Of a DNA stretch of 64,000 nt, positions 30,114 through 42,900 are shown piece by piece. A program made the position numbers and the translations under genes. Position 1 is the stretch's first letter. Each line of letters opens with the position of its first letter. Source of the stretch: Burkholderiales bacterium (GTDB taxonomy: Bacteria > Pseudomonadota > Gammaproteobacteria > Burkholderiales > SG8-39); the NCBI GenBank assembly GCA_041617635.1, contig JBFJOO010000005.1:23033-87032 (forward strand), written 5' to 3'. The notes under the pieces were generated by a model. That model was not told where the DNA came from. It saw nothing but the letters and a program-made list of their open reading frames with translations, and ran no database searches.

Positions 30114-30809
30114 ATGAAGCAGCTCGCCCTCGCACTGGAGGCGTGGCACGCCCCCACGCTCGGAAATTTCGTGACCGGCCGCAATGCGGCCGCGCTCGCG
30201 GCAATCCGGATGCTGGTTGGCGCTCCGACGGGGGTCATCTACCTGTGGGGCCAGCCGGGCAGCGGTCGCACGCACCTCTTGCGCGCCGCCGTTGGCGCCG
30301 CCGCGGGACAGGGCGCGGAAGCGGCGCTGCTCGCCGGGACTGATCCCGACTGGGCATCGGCCGAGCGCATGCGACTCGTGGCGCTCGACGACGTCGACCG
30401 CCTCGGTGAAGCCGATCAGGTCCGTGCGTTCGACCTCTGCAACGAATTGCGCGCGGCCGGCGCGGGATTGCTCGTTGCGGGGATGGTCGCGCCCGCGATG
30501 CTTGCCCTGCGCGAGGATCTCCGCACGCGGCTCGCGTCGGGGCTTGCCTTCCAGCTGCATCCACTGACCGACGCGGAGAAGACGCTGGCGCTGCGCGACT
30601 ACGCGCGGCATCGCGGACTGCGGATGGCGGAGGATGTGGTGCCCTACCTTCTCGCGCACCTGCAGCGGGACATGGCTACCCAGATCGCCGTGGTGGACGC
30701 GCTCGACCGCTATTCGCTCGAGCAAAAGCGGCCCGTCACCCTGCCGCTGGTGCGCGCGGCGCTCGCCGAGATCCTGGGCGATGCGCGATTCGTGGGGGCC
30801 GAAGAATGA
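30114..30809 (+). CDS. hda: DnaA regulatory inactivator Hda
   Basis: N-terminal clamp-binding QLAL, REDLRTRL, KRPVTLPL. Divergent from purM. Confidence 0.9.
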   Translation: MKQLALALEAWHAPTLGNFVTGRNAAALAAIRMLVGAPTGVIYLWGQPGSGRTHLLRAAVGAAAGQGAEAALLAGTDPDWASAERMRLVALDDVDRLGEADQVRAFDLCNELRAAGAGLLVAGMVAPAMLALREDLRTRLASGLAFQLHPLTDAEKTLALRDYARHRGLRMAEDVVPYLLAHLQRDMATQIAVVDALDRYSLEQKRPVTLPLVRAALAEILGDARFVGAEE

Positions 30810-31474
30810 GTGGCGAGCTCGCGTTGTTCGACTTGGACAACACGCTGCTCGCGGGCGACAGCGATTACGCGTGGGCGCAGTTCCTGATCGAGCAGGGGGT
30901 GCTGGAGCGCACGCAGTACGAGGCGCGCAACGACGAATTCTTCCGGCAGTACAAGGCCGGCACGCTGAACATACACGAGTTCCTGGCATTCCAGCTGGCA
31001 CCGCTCGCGGCGCACTCACGCGCGCAGCTCGACCTCTGGCACGGCCAGTTCATGGAGCAGCGAATCCGGCCGATGATCGGCGCCGCGGCGCGCGGCCTCG
31101 TGGAGCGCCATCGGGTCGCAGGCAATCTCTGCGCAATCGTCACCGCGACGAACTCGTTCGTCACCGGTCCGATCGCGCGCGAGTTCGGCGTCCCGCACCT
31201 GATCGCAACCGAGCCCGAGGAAGAGGGCGGCCGGTTCACGGGCGGCATAGCAGGAGTGCCCTGTTTCCAGGGCGGCAAGGTCACCCGCGTCGAAGCCTGG
31301 CTCGCGCACGCCGGCCACCGCTTCGAGTCGTTCGCGGCGACCTGGTTCTACAGCGACTCGGCGAACGACCTGCCGCTGCTCGAGCGCGTCAGCAACCCGG
31401 TGGCGGTCGACCCGGACGATCGGCTGCGTCAGGTGGCGAGCGCGCGGGGCTGGTCGATCCTGGAGATCCATTGA
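30806..31474 (+). CDS. HAD-IB family hydrolase
   Basis: LALFDLDNTLL, FYSDSANDLPLL. Confidence 0.92.
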   Translation: MSGELALFDLDNTLLAGDSDYAWAQFLIEQGVLERTQYEARNDEFFRQYKAGTLNIHEFLAFQLAPLAAHSRAQLDLWHGQFMEQRIRPMIGAAARGLVERHRVAGNLCAIVTATNSFVTGPIAREFGVPHLIATEPEEEGGRFTGGIAGVPCFQGGKVTRVEAWLAHAGHRFESFAATWFYSDSANDLPLLERVSNPVAVDPDDRLRQVASARGWSILEIH

Positions 31475-32448
31475 GAAACGCGCCCGCACGGGTCCCCGTC
31501 ATCGCGGCGCTCGCCGTTGCCGGCCCGCTGTCGATCGGCGTAGCGCTTGCGTTCGGCAGCGTCAACCTGCCATTCACTGAATGGCTCCATGCGCTCAGCG
31601 GGCAGGGCGGCGACACCGCGCGCGAGATCGTGTGGGGCCTGCGCGCGCCGCGCGCGTTCGCGGGATTCGCCGTCGGCGCGCTGCTCGCGCTCGCGGGAGC
31701 GCTCCTGCAGGTCCTGCTGCGCAATCCGCTCGCCGACCCCTACATCCTCGGCGTGTCCGGCGGCGCGGCGGTCGGCGCCCTGGCGGCGATGCTCGCGGGG
31801 CTTGCCGGAGCGATCGTGCACGCGTCAGCCTTCGCGGGGGCGTGTGCCGCGGCGCTGGCACTCTTCGCGTTCTCGATGCGCTTCACCGGCTGGAACATTC
31901 ACCGCGTCCTGCTCGCCGGAGTCGGTATCGCAGCCGGCGCCGGCGCCGCCGTCAGCCTGATCCTCACGCTCGCCCCCGCGGGTCAGGTTCACGGCATGCT
32001 TTTCTGGTTGATGGGCGACCTCTCCGGCGCAGAGCGCCCGTTGAACGGCTGGATCGCGCTGGCCGCGGCGCTCGCGCTGGCGCTCGGCTTGGCCCGTCAG
32101 CTCGACGGGCTCGCGCTCGGACCGCTCAAGGCGCAATCCCTGGGCATCGCGGTAGGCCGCACGCAGGCGCTCGCATTCCTCGCCGCGACGGGCGCGACCG
32201 TCGCCGCAGTCATGCTCGCCGGCAGCGTCGGTTTCGTCGGACTCGTGGTTCCCCACCTGCTGCGCCTCGCGGGGTTCACCGGACACCGTGTGCTGTTGCC
32301 GCTTGCGGCGCTCGCGGGCGGAACCCTGGTGGTCGTCGCCGACACGCTGGCCCGCGCGATCGCGGCGCCGCTCGAGTTCCCGGTCGGCGCGCTGACGGCG
32401 CTGATCGGCGTGCCCGTCCTGCTCGTCTTGATCGCGCGATCGCGATGA
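31471..32448 (+). CDS. FecCD/BtuC-family ABC permease
   Basis: LRNPLADPYILGVSGGA, GFVGLVVPH, PVGALTALIG. TTG start overlaps HAD stop. Confidence 0.88.
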   Translation: MRNAPARVPVIAALAVAGPLSIGVALAFGSVNLPFTEWLHALSGQGGDTAREIVWGLRAPRAFAGFAVGALLALAGALLQVLLRNPLADPYILGVSGGAAVGALAAMLAGLAGAIVHASAFAGACAAALALFAFSMRFTGWNIHRVLLAGVGIAAGAGAAVSLILTLAPAGQVHGMLFWLMGDLSGAERPLNGWIALAAALALALGLARQLDGLALGPLKAQSLGIAVGRTQALAFLAATGATVAAVMLAGSVGFVGLVVPHLLRLAGFTGHRVLLPLAALAGGTLVVVADTLARAIAAPLEFPVGALTALIGVPVLLVLIARSR

Positions 32449-33212
32449 CGCTCGCCGCGCAAGGGCTCGCGCTCACCGTGCCGGGACGGACGCTGGTGAA
32501 AGCGCTCGATCTTTCGCTCGCGCCCGGTCAATGCTGGGCGCTGCTCGGCCGTAACGGCGCGGGAAAATCGAGCCTGTTGCTCGCGCTCGCCGGCCTCAGC
32601 CGGCCGGCGTCCGGCGCGGTGCTGCTCGACGACACGCCGCTCCACGACCATCCGCGTCGCGACGTTGCGCGCCGGCTCGGCATCCTGCTGCAGCACGATG
32701 CCGAGGACTTCTGGGGCTCGGTTCTGGATTTCATCCTGCTCGGGCGGCTGCCGCACGGCACGGGACTGCTCGGCGCGGATCCCGCGGGCGTCGCGCAGGC
32801 GCGCGCGGCCATCGACGCGGTCGACCTGCTCGAGCACGTCGATCAGCCCTATCGCACCCTGTCGGGCGGCGAACGCCAGCGCGCGCGGATCGCGCAGCTC
32901 CTCGTGCAGTCCCCCGACTACCTCCTGCTCGACGAGCCGCTCTCGCATCTCGACCTCAAGCATCAGCTCGAACTGATGCAGCTGCTGGCGGGTCTCGCGC
33001 GCGCAGGCCGCGCCGTCATCATGGCCCTGCACGAACCGCTCTGGGCGGCGCGTTTCTGCGATACCGCGCTCCTGATGTATGATTCTGGCGCCTTTCGCCA
33101 TGGCGCCGTTCACGACGTGCTGAATCAGGACAATCTCGAAGCGCTCTACCGCTGCCGTCTGGAGGCCATCGCCGGATCCGGCGCCTCGCTCTACTTGCCT
33201 GTCTCGAGTTGA
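32445..33212 (+). CDS. BtuD/FepC-like ABC ATPase
   Basis: GRNGAGKS, LSGGERQR, LLDEPLSHLD. Confidence 0.9.
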   Translation: MTLAAQGLALTVPGRTLVKALDLSLAPGQCWALLGRNGAGKSSLLLALAGLSRPASGAVLLDDTPLHDHPRRDVARRLGILLQHDAEDFWGSVLDFILLGRLPHGTGLLGADPAGVAQARAAIDAVDLLEHVDQPYRTLSGGERQRARIAQLLVQSPDYLLLDEPLSHLDLKHQLELMQLLAGLARAGRAVIMALHEPLWAARFCDTALLMYDSGAFRHGAVHDVLNQDNLEALYRCRLEAIAGSGASLYLPVSS

Positions 33213-34582
33213 TCAAGCGATTCATCCGGCGCGTACTGCGCCTCGGAAAGGGCGCCGCGCCCACCATCGTGCCGCTGAAGGAACACGGCATCTCGCAGGA
33301 GACGATCTCGTACGGCGCGCGCAAGGTTTGCGAGGTGCTGGCCAGCCGGAAATTCGAGGCGTACGTGGTCGGCGGCGCGGTGCGCGACCTGATGCTCGGC
33401 ATCCAGCCGAAGGATTTCGACGTCGCGACCGACGCGACGCCCGAGGAGGTCCATCGGCACATCCGTCGCTCGCGGCTCATCGGTCGGCGTTTCAAGCTCG
33501 TGCACGCGGTATTCAACGACGAGATCGTGGAGGTGTCCACCTTTCGCGCAGTGAACGTGCAAGCGAACGACGCCGCGGGCGCCGCCGTGCCCGTGGATCA
33601 GGCGGTGGACGCCCACGGCCGCCTGACGCGCGACAACGTGTACGGCAACCGCGAGCAGGACGCGGCGCGGCGCGATTTCACCATCAACGCGCTGTACTAC
33701 GACCCCGCGACCCAGACCGTGCTCGATTACCACCAGGGCGTGCGCGATCTGAAGAAGCGCACGCTGCGCGTGATCGGCGACCCCCGGGTGCGCTTCCGCG
33801 AGGATCCGGTGCGCATGCTGCGCGCCGTCCGGCTCGGCGCGAAGCTCGATTTCAAGATCGACCCGAAGACGCGCGCGCCGATTCGCGAGATGGCCGACCT
33901 GATGGCGAACGTTCCGCCGGCGCGCCTGTTCGACGAGATGCTGAAGCTGCTCCTGTCCGGCCATGCATCGGCTTGCCTCCAGCGGTTGCGCGCAGAAGGT
34001 TTGCATCACGGGCTGCTGCCGCTGCTCGACGTGATCTTCGAGCAGCCGCTCGGTGAGAAGTTCGTGAACCTTGCGCTCGAGCAGACCGACCGGCGGATCC
34101 GCGAGGACAAGCCCGTTTCACCCGCCTTCCTCTTCGCCGCGCTGCTGTGGCACGAAGTGCTTGCGGCATGGAAGGTCCGCGAGGCCAAACGTACGAGCCG
34201 TATTCCGGCGCTCTACGCCGCGATGGACGAGGTGCTCGACATCCAGACCGACAAGCTCGCAATCCCGCGCCGCCTGACCACGACGATGAAGGAGATCTGG
34301 TCGTTGCAGCCGCGCTTCGAGAACCGGTCGGGCAGGCGACCGTTCGCGTTGCTCGAGCACCCGCGCCTGAGGGCCAGCTACGACTTTCTCGCATTGCGCG
34401 CAGACAGCGGCGAGGCGCCGCGCGAGCTCGTCGAGTGGTGGCGCCGTTTCATGGAAGGCACCCCCGAGGAGCGCGCCGATCTGCTCCTTCCCGCGCCCTC
34501 TGGCGAGCGCAAGAGCCGGCGCCGGCGGCGTGGCAAGAAAAAGACCGCGAGTGCGGGCCCGCCTCCGACGCTTGCCGACTGA
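33209..34582 (+). CDS. pcnB: Poly(A) polymerase I
   Basis: VGGAVRDL, KDFDVAT, LIGRRF signature, RRDFTINAL, EDPVRMLR. Confidence 0.95.
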   Translation: MIKRFIRRVLRLGKGAAPTIVPLKEHGISQETISYGARKVCEVLASRKFEAYVVGGAVRDLMLGIQPKDFDVATDATPEEVHRHIRRSRLIGRRFKLVHAVFNDEIVEVSTFRAVNVQANDAAGAAVPVDQAVDAHGRLTRDNVYGNREQDAARRDFTINALYYDPATQTVLDYHQGVRDLKKRTLRVIGDPRVRFREDPVRMLRAVRLGAKLDFKIDPKTRAPIREMADLMANVPPARLFDEMLKLLLSGHASACLQRLRAEGLHHGLLPLLDVIFEQPLGEKFVNLALEQTDRRIREDKPVSPAFLFAALLWHEVLAAWKVREAKRTSRIPALYAAMDEVLDIQTDKLAIPRRLTTTMKEIWSLQPRFENRSGRRPFALLEHPRLRASYDFLALRADSGEAPRELVEWWRRFMEGTPEERADLLLPAPSGERKSRRRRRGKKKTASAGPPPTLAD

Positions 34583-34594
34583 GCGCACGCGACC

Positions 34595-35080
34595 ATGGCG
34601 CGGGCATTTGTCGGTCTCGGCGCCAATCTCGGCGATCCCGTCGCCCAGGTCACGCGTGCGCTGGCCGCGCTGGCGGAGCTCGACGCCACGCGTGTCGTGC
34701 GAGCGTCGTCGCTCTACCGGACCGCGCCGATCGGTGACGCGGACCAGCATGACTACGTCAATGCCGTGGCGCTGCTCGACACCGGTCTCGCGCCGCGCGC
34801 GCTGCTGGACGCTATGCTGGGCATCGAGCACACCGCCGGGCGCGCGCGGTCTTTCCGGAACGCGCCGCGGTTGCTCGATCTCGATCTGCTGCTCTATGGT
34901 GACCAGGTCATCGACGCACCCGGCCTTCTCGTTCCGCATCCGCGCATGCACGAGCGCGCCTTCGTCCTCGTGCCCCTGGTCGAGATTGCACCGGACGCGG
35001 TGGTTCCTGGGCACGGCCGGGCCACAGATCTGCTGCGCGGCACGGCGCATCAAGCGGTGCGCAAGCTGGATCCGGACTGA
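34595..35080 (+). CDS. folK: HPPK (dihydropteridine pyrophosphokinase)
   Basis: GLGANLG, PRLLDLDLL, PHPRMHERAFVL. Confidence 0.95.
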   Translation: MARAFVGLGANLGDPVAQVTRALAALAELDATRVVRASSLYRTAPIGDADQHDYVNAVALLDTGLAPRALLDAMLGIEHTAGRARSFRNAPRLLDLDLLLYGDQVIDAPGLLVPHPRMHERAFVLVPLVEIAPDAVVPGHGRATDLLRGTAHQAVRKLDPD

Positions 35081-35124
35081 CCCCCGCACGCTTGTGTATC
35101 ATCCGGCTCGACTCGCGACTCGAC

Positions 35125-35766
35125 ATGCCGCTCAGCAAATACCGCTACATCGCAGTCGACGGGCCGATCGGTGCCGGCAAGACCAGCCTCGCTCGGCGGC
35201 TCGCCGAGCGCGTCGGCGGCGAACCGTTTCTCGAGCGCCCAGGCGAGAATCCTTTCCTGCCGCGCTTCTACGAGAACATGGGGCGATACGCACTGCCCAC
35301 GCAGCTCTTCTTCCTGTTCCAGCGCATCGGGCAGCTCCGCGAGCTCGCGCAGCCCGGGCTGTTCTCGGGCGCGACCGTCGCCGACTTCCTGCTCGAGAAG
35401 GACTCGCTCTTCGCGCAGCTCACGCTGGCAGGCGATGAGCTGGCGCTCTACGAGCGGATCTACGAGTCGCTCAGCCCGCAAGCGCCGCGGCCCGACCTGG
35501 TCATCTATCTACACGCGGACGTCGACACGCTGCACGATCGGGTGCGCAAGCGCGCGCTCGACTACGAGGCGCCGATATCGCGCGAGTACCTCGCCGCGCT
35601 GGCGGACGCGTATTCCCGGTTCTTTTACCATTACACGGCTGCGCCGCTCCTGGTGGTGAACTCCGAGCGGCTGAACTTCGTCGACAGCAATCGCGACCTC
35701 GAGCTCCTCGTGGAGCACCTCGCCGCGTTGCGCGGCGGACGCGGGTATTTCAACGTCGGGGAATGA
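35125..35766 (+). CDS. Deoxynucleoside kinase family protein
   Basis: DGPIGAGKTSL, NPFLPRFY, TQLFFLFQR, PDLVIYL. Confidence 0.9.
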   Translation: MPLSKYRYIAVDGPIGAGKTSLARRLAERVGGEPFLERPGENPFLPRFYENMGRYALPTQLFFLFQRIGQLRELAQPGLFSGATVADFLLEKDSLFAQLTLAGDELALYERIYESLSPQAPRPDLVIYLHADVDTLHDRVRKRALDYEAPISREYLAALADAYSRFFYHYTAAPLLVVNSERLNFVDSNRDLELLVEHLAALRGGRGYFNVGE

Positions 35767-35793
35767 TCGACTACGCCGAAGCCACGAGTCTGA

Positions 35794-36651
<858 letters not shown>

Positions 36652-36690
36652 GGGCGTCCCCGATCGCGGCACCGTCACCGGAGCGGCCCC

Positions 36691-37071
36691 ATGCAGCGCA
36701 CGATGCTGAAGTCCAAGATCCACCGCGCCACCGTCACCCACGCCGAGCTCGAATACGAAGGCTCCTGCGCGATCGACGAGGACCTTCTGGAGGCGGCGGA
36801 CATCCGCGAGTACCAGCAGATCGACATCTACAACGTCACGAACGGCGAGCGCTTCAGCACCTACGCAATTCGCGCCGAGCGCGGATCGGGCGTCATCTCG
36901 GTGAACGGCGCCGCCGCCCGCCGCGCGCAAGTGGGCGACATCCTCATCATCGCGTCATACGCCACCTACAACGAGCTCGAGGTCCACCGTCACCAGCCGG
37001 ATCTCGTGTACGTCGACGGCCGCAACCACATCAAGCGCCAGGGCCACCAGATTCCGTTGCAGATCGCCTAG
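36691..37071 (+). CDS. panD: Aspartate 1-decarboxylase
   Basis: [23 protein letters not shown]. Confidence 0.97.
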   Translation: MQRTMLKSKIHRATVTHAELEYEGSCAIDEDLLEAADIREYQQIDIYNVTNGERFSTYAIRAERGSGVISVNGAAARRAQVGDILIIASYATYNELEVHRHQPDLVYVDGRNHIKRQGHQIPLQIA

Positions 37072-37120
37072 GCCGTCAGCTGCGACACTAGTCCAGCGGC
37101 TGGAACACTTACTGTAGCGA

Positions 37121-37409
37121 GGCAGCGGCCGTACCCTAGCGTCGGCCGAAAAAGACCGACGTCCTTATCAGCCTCAGAATCAGGCACGGAGTCTCGCCTT
37201 CGGACACGCCGTGCCGCGTTCCATGCCTGAAAAGAGCGTCGGTTTTCTTGGGCCGATGCACCGCACCAGCGTCTCTCGCGGCAGCGGCCGATGCTTGGCC
37301 GGCGCCTTTGGCCGCGCCCTCCGTCATGGGTGGTTTGTGCGCGGCTAGTCGTGGGTTGACTGCCCGCCGCAAACCGGGACCCATAGGCGGGCGTCTGCGG
37401 CCGTAGGCG
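37121..37409. other. Highly self-complementary intergenic element
   Basis: 23-nt inverted repeat 37139-37161/37237-37259 enclosing an internal stem, plus further hairpins. Confidence 0.45.
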
Positions 37410-37467
37410 CCGGACGGGCATGGCCGCTGACCCGCCCGAAAAGCAGAGCAAATGCAGCGATCGCTTG

Positions 37468-38913
37468 CTACGCGGTGCCGCCGACAGTGAGCCCGTCGAT
37501 GCGCAGCGTGGGCTGACCGACGCCGACCGGAACGCTCTGACCTTCCTTGCCGCACGTGCCGACGCCCGTGTCGAGCTGGAGGTCGTTGCCGATCATCGAC
37601 ACACGCGTCAGCGCGTCCGGGCCGTTGCCGATCAACGTCGCGCCTTTCACCGGCGCGGTGACGCGACCGTTCTCGATGAGGTAGGCCTCGGTGCACGAGA
37701 ACACGAACTTGCCGTTCGTGATGTCGACCTGCCCGCCGCCGAAGTTGACGGCATAGAGGCCGTTGTCGACCGACGCGATGATCTCGCCCGGATCCTTGTC
37801 GCCGGCGAGCATGTAGGTGTTCGTCATCCGCGGCATCACGGTGTGCGCGTAGCTTTCCCGTCGGCCGTTTCCCGTGAGCGGCATCTTCATCAGCCGCGCG
37901 TTCAGGCTGTCCTGGAGATAGCCGCGCAGCACGCCGTTCTCGATCAGCGTGGTGCACTGGGTGGGATTGCCCTCGTCGTCGACGTTCAGCGATCCGCGCC
38001 GCGACGGGAGCGTTCCGTCGTCCACCACCGTGACCCCGGGTGCGGCAACACGCTCGCCGAGTCGCCCGGAGAACGCGGAGGACTCCTTGCGATTGAAATC
38101 GCCCTCGAGCCCGTGCCCGATCGCCTCGTGCAACAGCACGCCGGGCCAGCCGGGTCCGAGCACGACGGTCATCGTGCCTGCGGGCGCGGCGCGTGACTCG
38201 AGATTGATCAGCGCCTGGTCGACGGCTTTCGCGGCGTACTCCGCCAGGCGCGCATCGGTGAAATAGCTGTAGTCGACTCGTCCGCCACCGCCCGAAGTCC
38301 CCTGCTCGCGCCGGCCGCCCGATTCGGCGATCACCTGCAGCGAAAGCCGCACCAGCGGCCGGACGTCCGCGGACATGACGCCGTCGGAGCGCGCCACCAG
38401 CACGACTTCGTAGATGCCACCGAGGCTGGCCATCACCTGCACGACCCGCGGATCGCGCGCGCGGCAAATCCGCTCGATCCGCTCGAGCAGCCGCACCTTT
38501 TCGGTGTCGGCGAGCGAACCGAGCGGATCCATCGGCCGATAGAGGTCGCGGCCAGCGGCGTGGCGGACCGCAGGAACGCGACCACTCTTTCCGGCGCGCG
38601 CGATCGCCCGCGTTGCCCCAGCCGCATCGTGCAGCGCCTCGAGACTGATCTCGTCGGAATAGGCGAACGCGGTCTTGTCGCCCGCGACGGCGCGCACGCC
38701 GACGCCCTGGTCGATGTTGAAGCTGCCGGACTTCACGATGCCCTCCTCCAGGCTCCAGCCTTCGCTGCGCGAGTACTGGAAGTAGAGGTCCGCGTAGTCC
38801 ACCCTGTGCGTGAGAATCCCGCCGAGCACCGAATCGATGGCCGGCGCGCGCAGGTCGTAGGGCGCGAGCAACGTGGCCTGCGCGGTGGATAGCAACGGTT
38901 GTTCGGTCTGCAT
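37468..38913 (-). CDS. tldD: Metalloprotease TldD
   Basis: [40 protein letters not shown]. Confidence 0.97.
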   Translation of the reverse strand: MQTEQPLLSTAQATLLAPYDLRAPAIDSVLGGILTHRVDYADLYFQYSRSEGWSLEEGIVKSGSFNIDQGVGVRAVAGDKTAFAYSDEISLEALHDAAGATRAIARAGKSGRVPAVRHAAGRDLYRPMDPLGSLADTEKVRLLERIERICRARDPRVVQVMASLGGIYEVVLVARSDGVMSADVRPLVRLSLQVIAESGGRREQGTSGGGGRVDYSYFTDARLAEYAAKAVDQALINLESRAAPAGTMTVVLGPGWPGVLLHEAIGHGLEGDFNRKESSAFSGRLGERVAAPGVTVVDDGTLPSRRGSLNVDDEGNPTQCTTLIENGVLRGYLQDSLNARLMKMPLTGNGRRESYAHTVMPRMTNTYMLAGDKDPGEIIASVDNGLYAVNFGGGQVDITNGKFVFSCTEAYLIENGRVTAPVKGATLIGNGPDALTRVSMIGNDLQLDTGVGTCGKEGQSVPVGVGQPTLRIDGLTVGGTA

Positions 38914-38939
38914 GGGCTTTCCCGGTGTGAATCGGATGT

Positions 38940-39758
38940 CTAATCGAAGGCGCGATGCTCGAGGGCCGGCAGCGCGGCGCGCAGCTTTGTCTGGTAGCTG
39001 GGGTCAATCTCGGCGATTACAACGCCCGGCCCCTCAGGGAGGCATGCGCGCACCTTTCCCCAGGGATCGACGATCATGCTGTGGCCATGTGTCACGCGGC
39101 CGCTCTCGTGGCGACCGCCTTGCGCTGGCGCGATCACCCACGCGAGATTCTCGATGGCGCGCGCGCGCAGCAGCGTCTCCCAGTGCGCCTGGCCGGTGGG
39201 CACGGTGAACGCGGAGGGAACGCTGATCAGGTCGACGTCGCCGAGCCCGCGATAGAGCTCCGGAAACCGGACGTCATAGCAGACCGACAGCCCGATTCGA
39301 CCGAAAGGAGTATCGATCGCTGCCGCTGCCGTGCCGGGCTCGATGGTGTTCGTCTCGCGGAAGCGCTCCTCGCCCAGCTCGAATCCGAACAGGTGCATCT
39401 TGTCGTAGCGTGCGACGCGCCTTCCGGAGTCGTCGAAGACGAGGCAGCTGTTGCGCACGCGCTCGTCGGACGCTGTCGCAATCGGCAGGGTGCCACCGAT
39501 CACCCAGACATGGAACCGGGCCGCGATCCGCGCCAGAAACGACTGGATCGGCCCGTCTCCGTCCTGCTCGCGGATGGCGAGCTTGTCGCGCTCGCCGGGA
39601 CCGATGAAGCAGAACCATTCGGGCAGCGCGACGAGCCGAGCACCCTGGTCCGCGGCATCACCGATCAGCTCCTCGGCGACCGCGAGATTCCGCTCGACCG
39701 AAGCGCTCGCGACCGTCTGGATTGCCGCGATGCGAAAGGGTTGGGTTGGTCTGTCCAT
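38940..39758 (-). CDS. Carbon-nitrogen hydrolase (Nit1-like deaminated glutathione amidase)
   Basis: [27 protein letters not shown]. Confidence 0.92.
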   Translation of the reverse strand: MDRPTQPFRIAAIQTVASASVERNLAVAEELIGDAADQGARLVALPEWFCFIGPGERDKLAIREQDGDGPIQSFLARIAARFHVWVIGGTLPIATASDERVRNSCLVFDDSGRRVARYDKMHLFGFELGEERFRETNTIEPGTAAAAIDTPFGRIGLSVCYDVRFPELYRGLGDVDLISVPSAFTVPTGQAHWETLLRARAIENLAWVIAPAQGGRHESGRVTHGHSMIVDPWGKVRACLPEGPGVVIAEIDPSYQTKLRAALPALEHRAFD

Positions 39759-39985
39759 CGGTTCGGGTTGGGCGCCGGCCGCCCGGCCTCGCCCTGATGG
39801 GAGTCCGGAGCCGTCCGGCAGTTCCGGCAGCGAGCCTCAGGATTCTATGCCAGGACCTCGAGGGGCATCGTCATCTGGGCCCTCGCTACCCAGAACGCGC
39901 CGGTCGTCAGCCAGGCGCGCCGACTGATTCTTTTTGATAACAGCGAGTTAGCGTAGCGGCGCCGGACGTGAAGCGCTTTCGGCCC

Positions 39986-42900
39986 TCAGTTCGAGCTGGT
40001 CGGCGGATCAGTGGCAACCGCTGCGGCGCGCTGCTCGACCTTCGGGTCCCGCCAGGTGCCGCTGACGTCGTACTCGACCGCAATCATCTGACCGATCGGG
40101 TTCTTCAGCAGCTGCTGGGCAAGCAGGGTGCCGGCGCCAACGATCGGGTTCAGCAGCGCGATGCCGGCCGCGGCGGCCACGCCGCCCCCCACTTCGGGGA
40201 TCACTCGGAGCTCGAGACGCTGGGTTTCGCGCGCGATGTCCGCGGTTCCCTTCAAGGTGACCGCGGCCGCCGGCCCGACCATGACGAAATCCTGCGTGGA
40301 CAATACGCCGCGCGAGACCCCGGCTGTCGCAGAGATGGAATCGAACGCGAACCCCTTGTCCAGCACGTCGCCAAAGTCCCCCACGCTGCGCCGGGGCAGC
40401 GACTGCAGCGAGAGCAGGCCGAGCAGCTTGCCGATGCCGGGTTCGACTTTCAGGAACTGGCCCTTGCCGGCACCGAGTCGAATCGATCCGCCCAGCGTCG
40501 CGTAATCGATCGCGTGCGGGGGACCATTCCAGACGAGCTCGCCATCGAGCGCCGCCTCCCCGCGCGATACCGCATCAATGTGGCCGAACCGTGCCAAGTA
40601 CTTTCCGGCGTCCGCGGTCTCGATTTTGAACGTGACGGCGGTGCGCTCCGGCAAAGCGGCACGCGGCCGCCACGTTCCGCGCGCCACGATGGCGCCTTCG
40701 GGCGCGCGCACTTCGCAGTGCTGGATGCGCCAGTCGCCACTTTCGTTCACGGCCACGAGCACGAGGCGCCCGAGATCGCGGCCCGAGAGGAAGACGCTAT
40801 CGGCCACCACGTCGAGCGCCGGCAGTTCGTTCAGGGTGCTGTCTGCAGCTTGGCCGACTTGCTGCGGATCGGCCAGCTCGAGGCGCTTCAGACGCGCGAC
40901 GAGTGAGCCGCGGCCCTCGGGCCGCCACGCCAGATCACCGGCGAGTTCGCGCGAGGTTGCCTGGGCCTGCCAGCCGCCGCCGAATTGCCGGGCGCGGACC
41001 GTCACCTCGTGAAAGCGCCTGCCAAGGGCAACGAGCGTATCGGCCCGTACGCTGAGCGCCGTCACGAGCTGTGCGCCGGCGTTGCCGGCGTCGCGCGGCA
41101 CGAGGTTGACCAGCTTGTCGAGGTCGAGCTCCGGCAGGTTGACCGCAACGAACACCCCACGTTCGCGCGGCAGCGCGGCCACCGGGCTGCCGATCCCGAT
41201 CGCCGCGCGCTGGAGCACGCTCGCGCCGTCGACGATGCGCGTCTGGGCCTGGGCGTTGAGAATCTTGCCCAGCGCGACGCTGACCGTGTCCTGCCGGACC
41301 GATTGCCCCCCGCTGGGTTCCGGCGCGCGGCCGATGGCACGCTCCACCTTCGTGGGCCATGGGTCCGTGGCGATCTTGCCGAACGGCGCCGGGAGGTCGA
41401 GCGCGACACCCACGAGCTCCGACTCGACCGCGAAGTCGGCGTGCCGACCGCGAAACGTCATGGCGAGACGGTAATCGGCGCTCCCCCGCACCCGTCCGGC
41501 GAGCGGGTAGCCGCTGACGCGGGCCAATCGCCCCGCGTCGAGCTTGCCCGCGCCGGTGAGCGCGACTGTGCCATCTCCGCGCGTGGCGAACGCAAAGGAG
41601 ATCGGACCGCCGTGGATCTGCGCGTCGATTTTCTTGGCGCTGACGTCCGCTTCGGTAAATGCCGCGATCCCGTTGACGGCCGAGAGCTCCGGCATCTCCG
41701 GGCCGGGCGTCATGCGATTGTCGATGATCCGGTAGCTGCCGGCCACCTTGGTCTCGTGCACCCTGGCAAACGGAAGATCGAACTTCAAGACAAGCTCGCC
41801 TTCACCCTCCGCGCTCCAGCCTTCGGTGAAGCCGCCGATCATTTCGTTGACCGGGCTCTGCGCGATGATCTTGAGGAACGCGGCGGTAGCGCCTTCCGCC
41901 TCGCCGGCGATGCTCGCCCGCTCGTCTTTGGCAAAAAGGTCGGGCACGCTTGCATGAATGAAACGGGCGCGTGCGCCCAGCATGTCTCCGCTGGTGGCTC
42001 GAACGTGGAGGACCTGCGAATCGATCTCGATGTCGCCGCTCATGCCGACCAACTCTGGCCAGCGCTCTCCGATGCGCATTGCCGCGCCGGACGCGGTCGC
42101 CGTGATGCGAAAGATCCCGCCCTTGCCGTCACGGAATGGGAAGTCGCCGAGGTCGCCCTGGAGGCGCACTCGGCCGTCGGCGGCGGTTCCCGCGAGGATC
42201 GCCTCCTTCAGCCAGGTCCGCAGCCTGACGCCGATCGCCGGGATGTACCGATAGACCTTCGGGCCTGCCGCGCGCACGATGTTCGCGGTGAAGTCCACAT
42301 TGCCCGGCGTGTCGGTCGTCGAGCGGTATGTGCCGGCCACCGTGGCGGCCAGATCGTCGTTCAACAAGACGAGATCGTCGATCCGGACCTCGATGCCCGC
42401 CGCCTGCCGGATCCAGCCAAGGCGCGCCGTCAAGATATCGAATCGCAGCGGCGGCTCCGGAAATAGATTCGGTGCGGCAATCGACGCGCCGGCCGCGTCG
42501 ATCGACACGCGCCCGCCCTGCTCCGTCGCTTCCAATCTCCCGGAGAAACCCGCGAAGCCCGGCACTTGCCGCCAGGGCTGCATCCCGAGTCCTGCGAGCC
42601 GGCTTTCCACCCGGAAGGAGTCCGGGGCATCCAGATTCCCGACCCAGCTGAATCGCAGGTCGTCCAGGCGGCCCCGCGGGTCGATCTCGGCCAGCGCCTG
42701 GCGCAGCTTGTCGGGCAGCGGCACGTGACCGCCAACGTGGGCAAGCGCGGCGAGGCCGAGGGTTCGCAGCGTGACTTCGCCGCGCGGCGCGCGCGCGCCG
42801 TCGCCAGGCTGCCAGATTGCCCGGAAATCGGTCGGCCCCAGCACGACGCCGGAGCGCGTCTCCAGGGCGAGCTGCTCGCCATAGACTTCGAACTGCTCGC

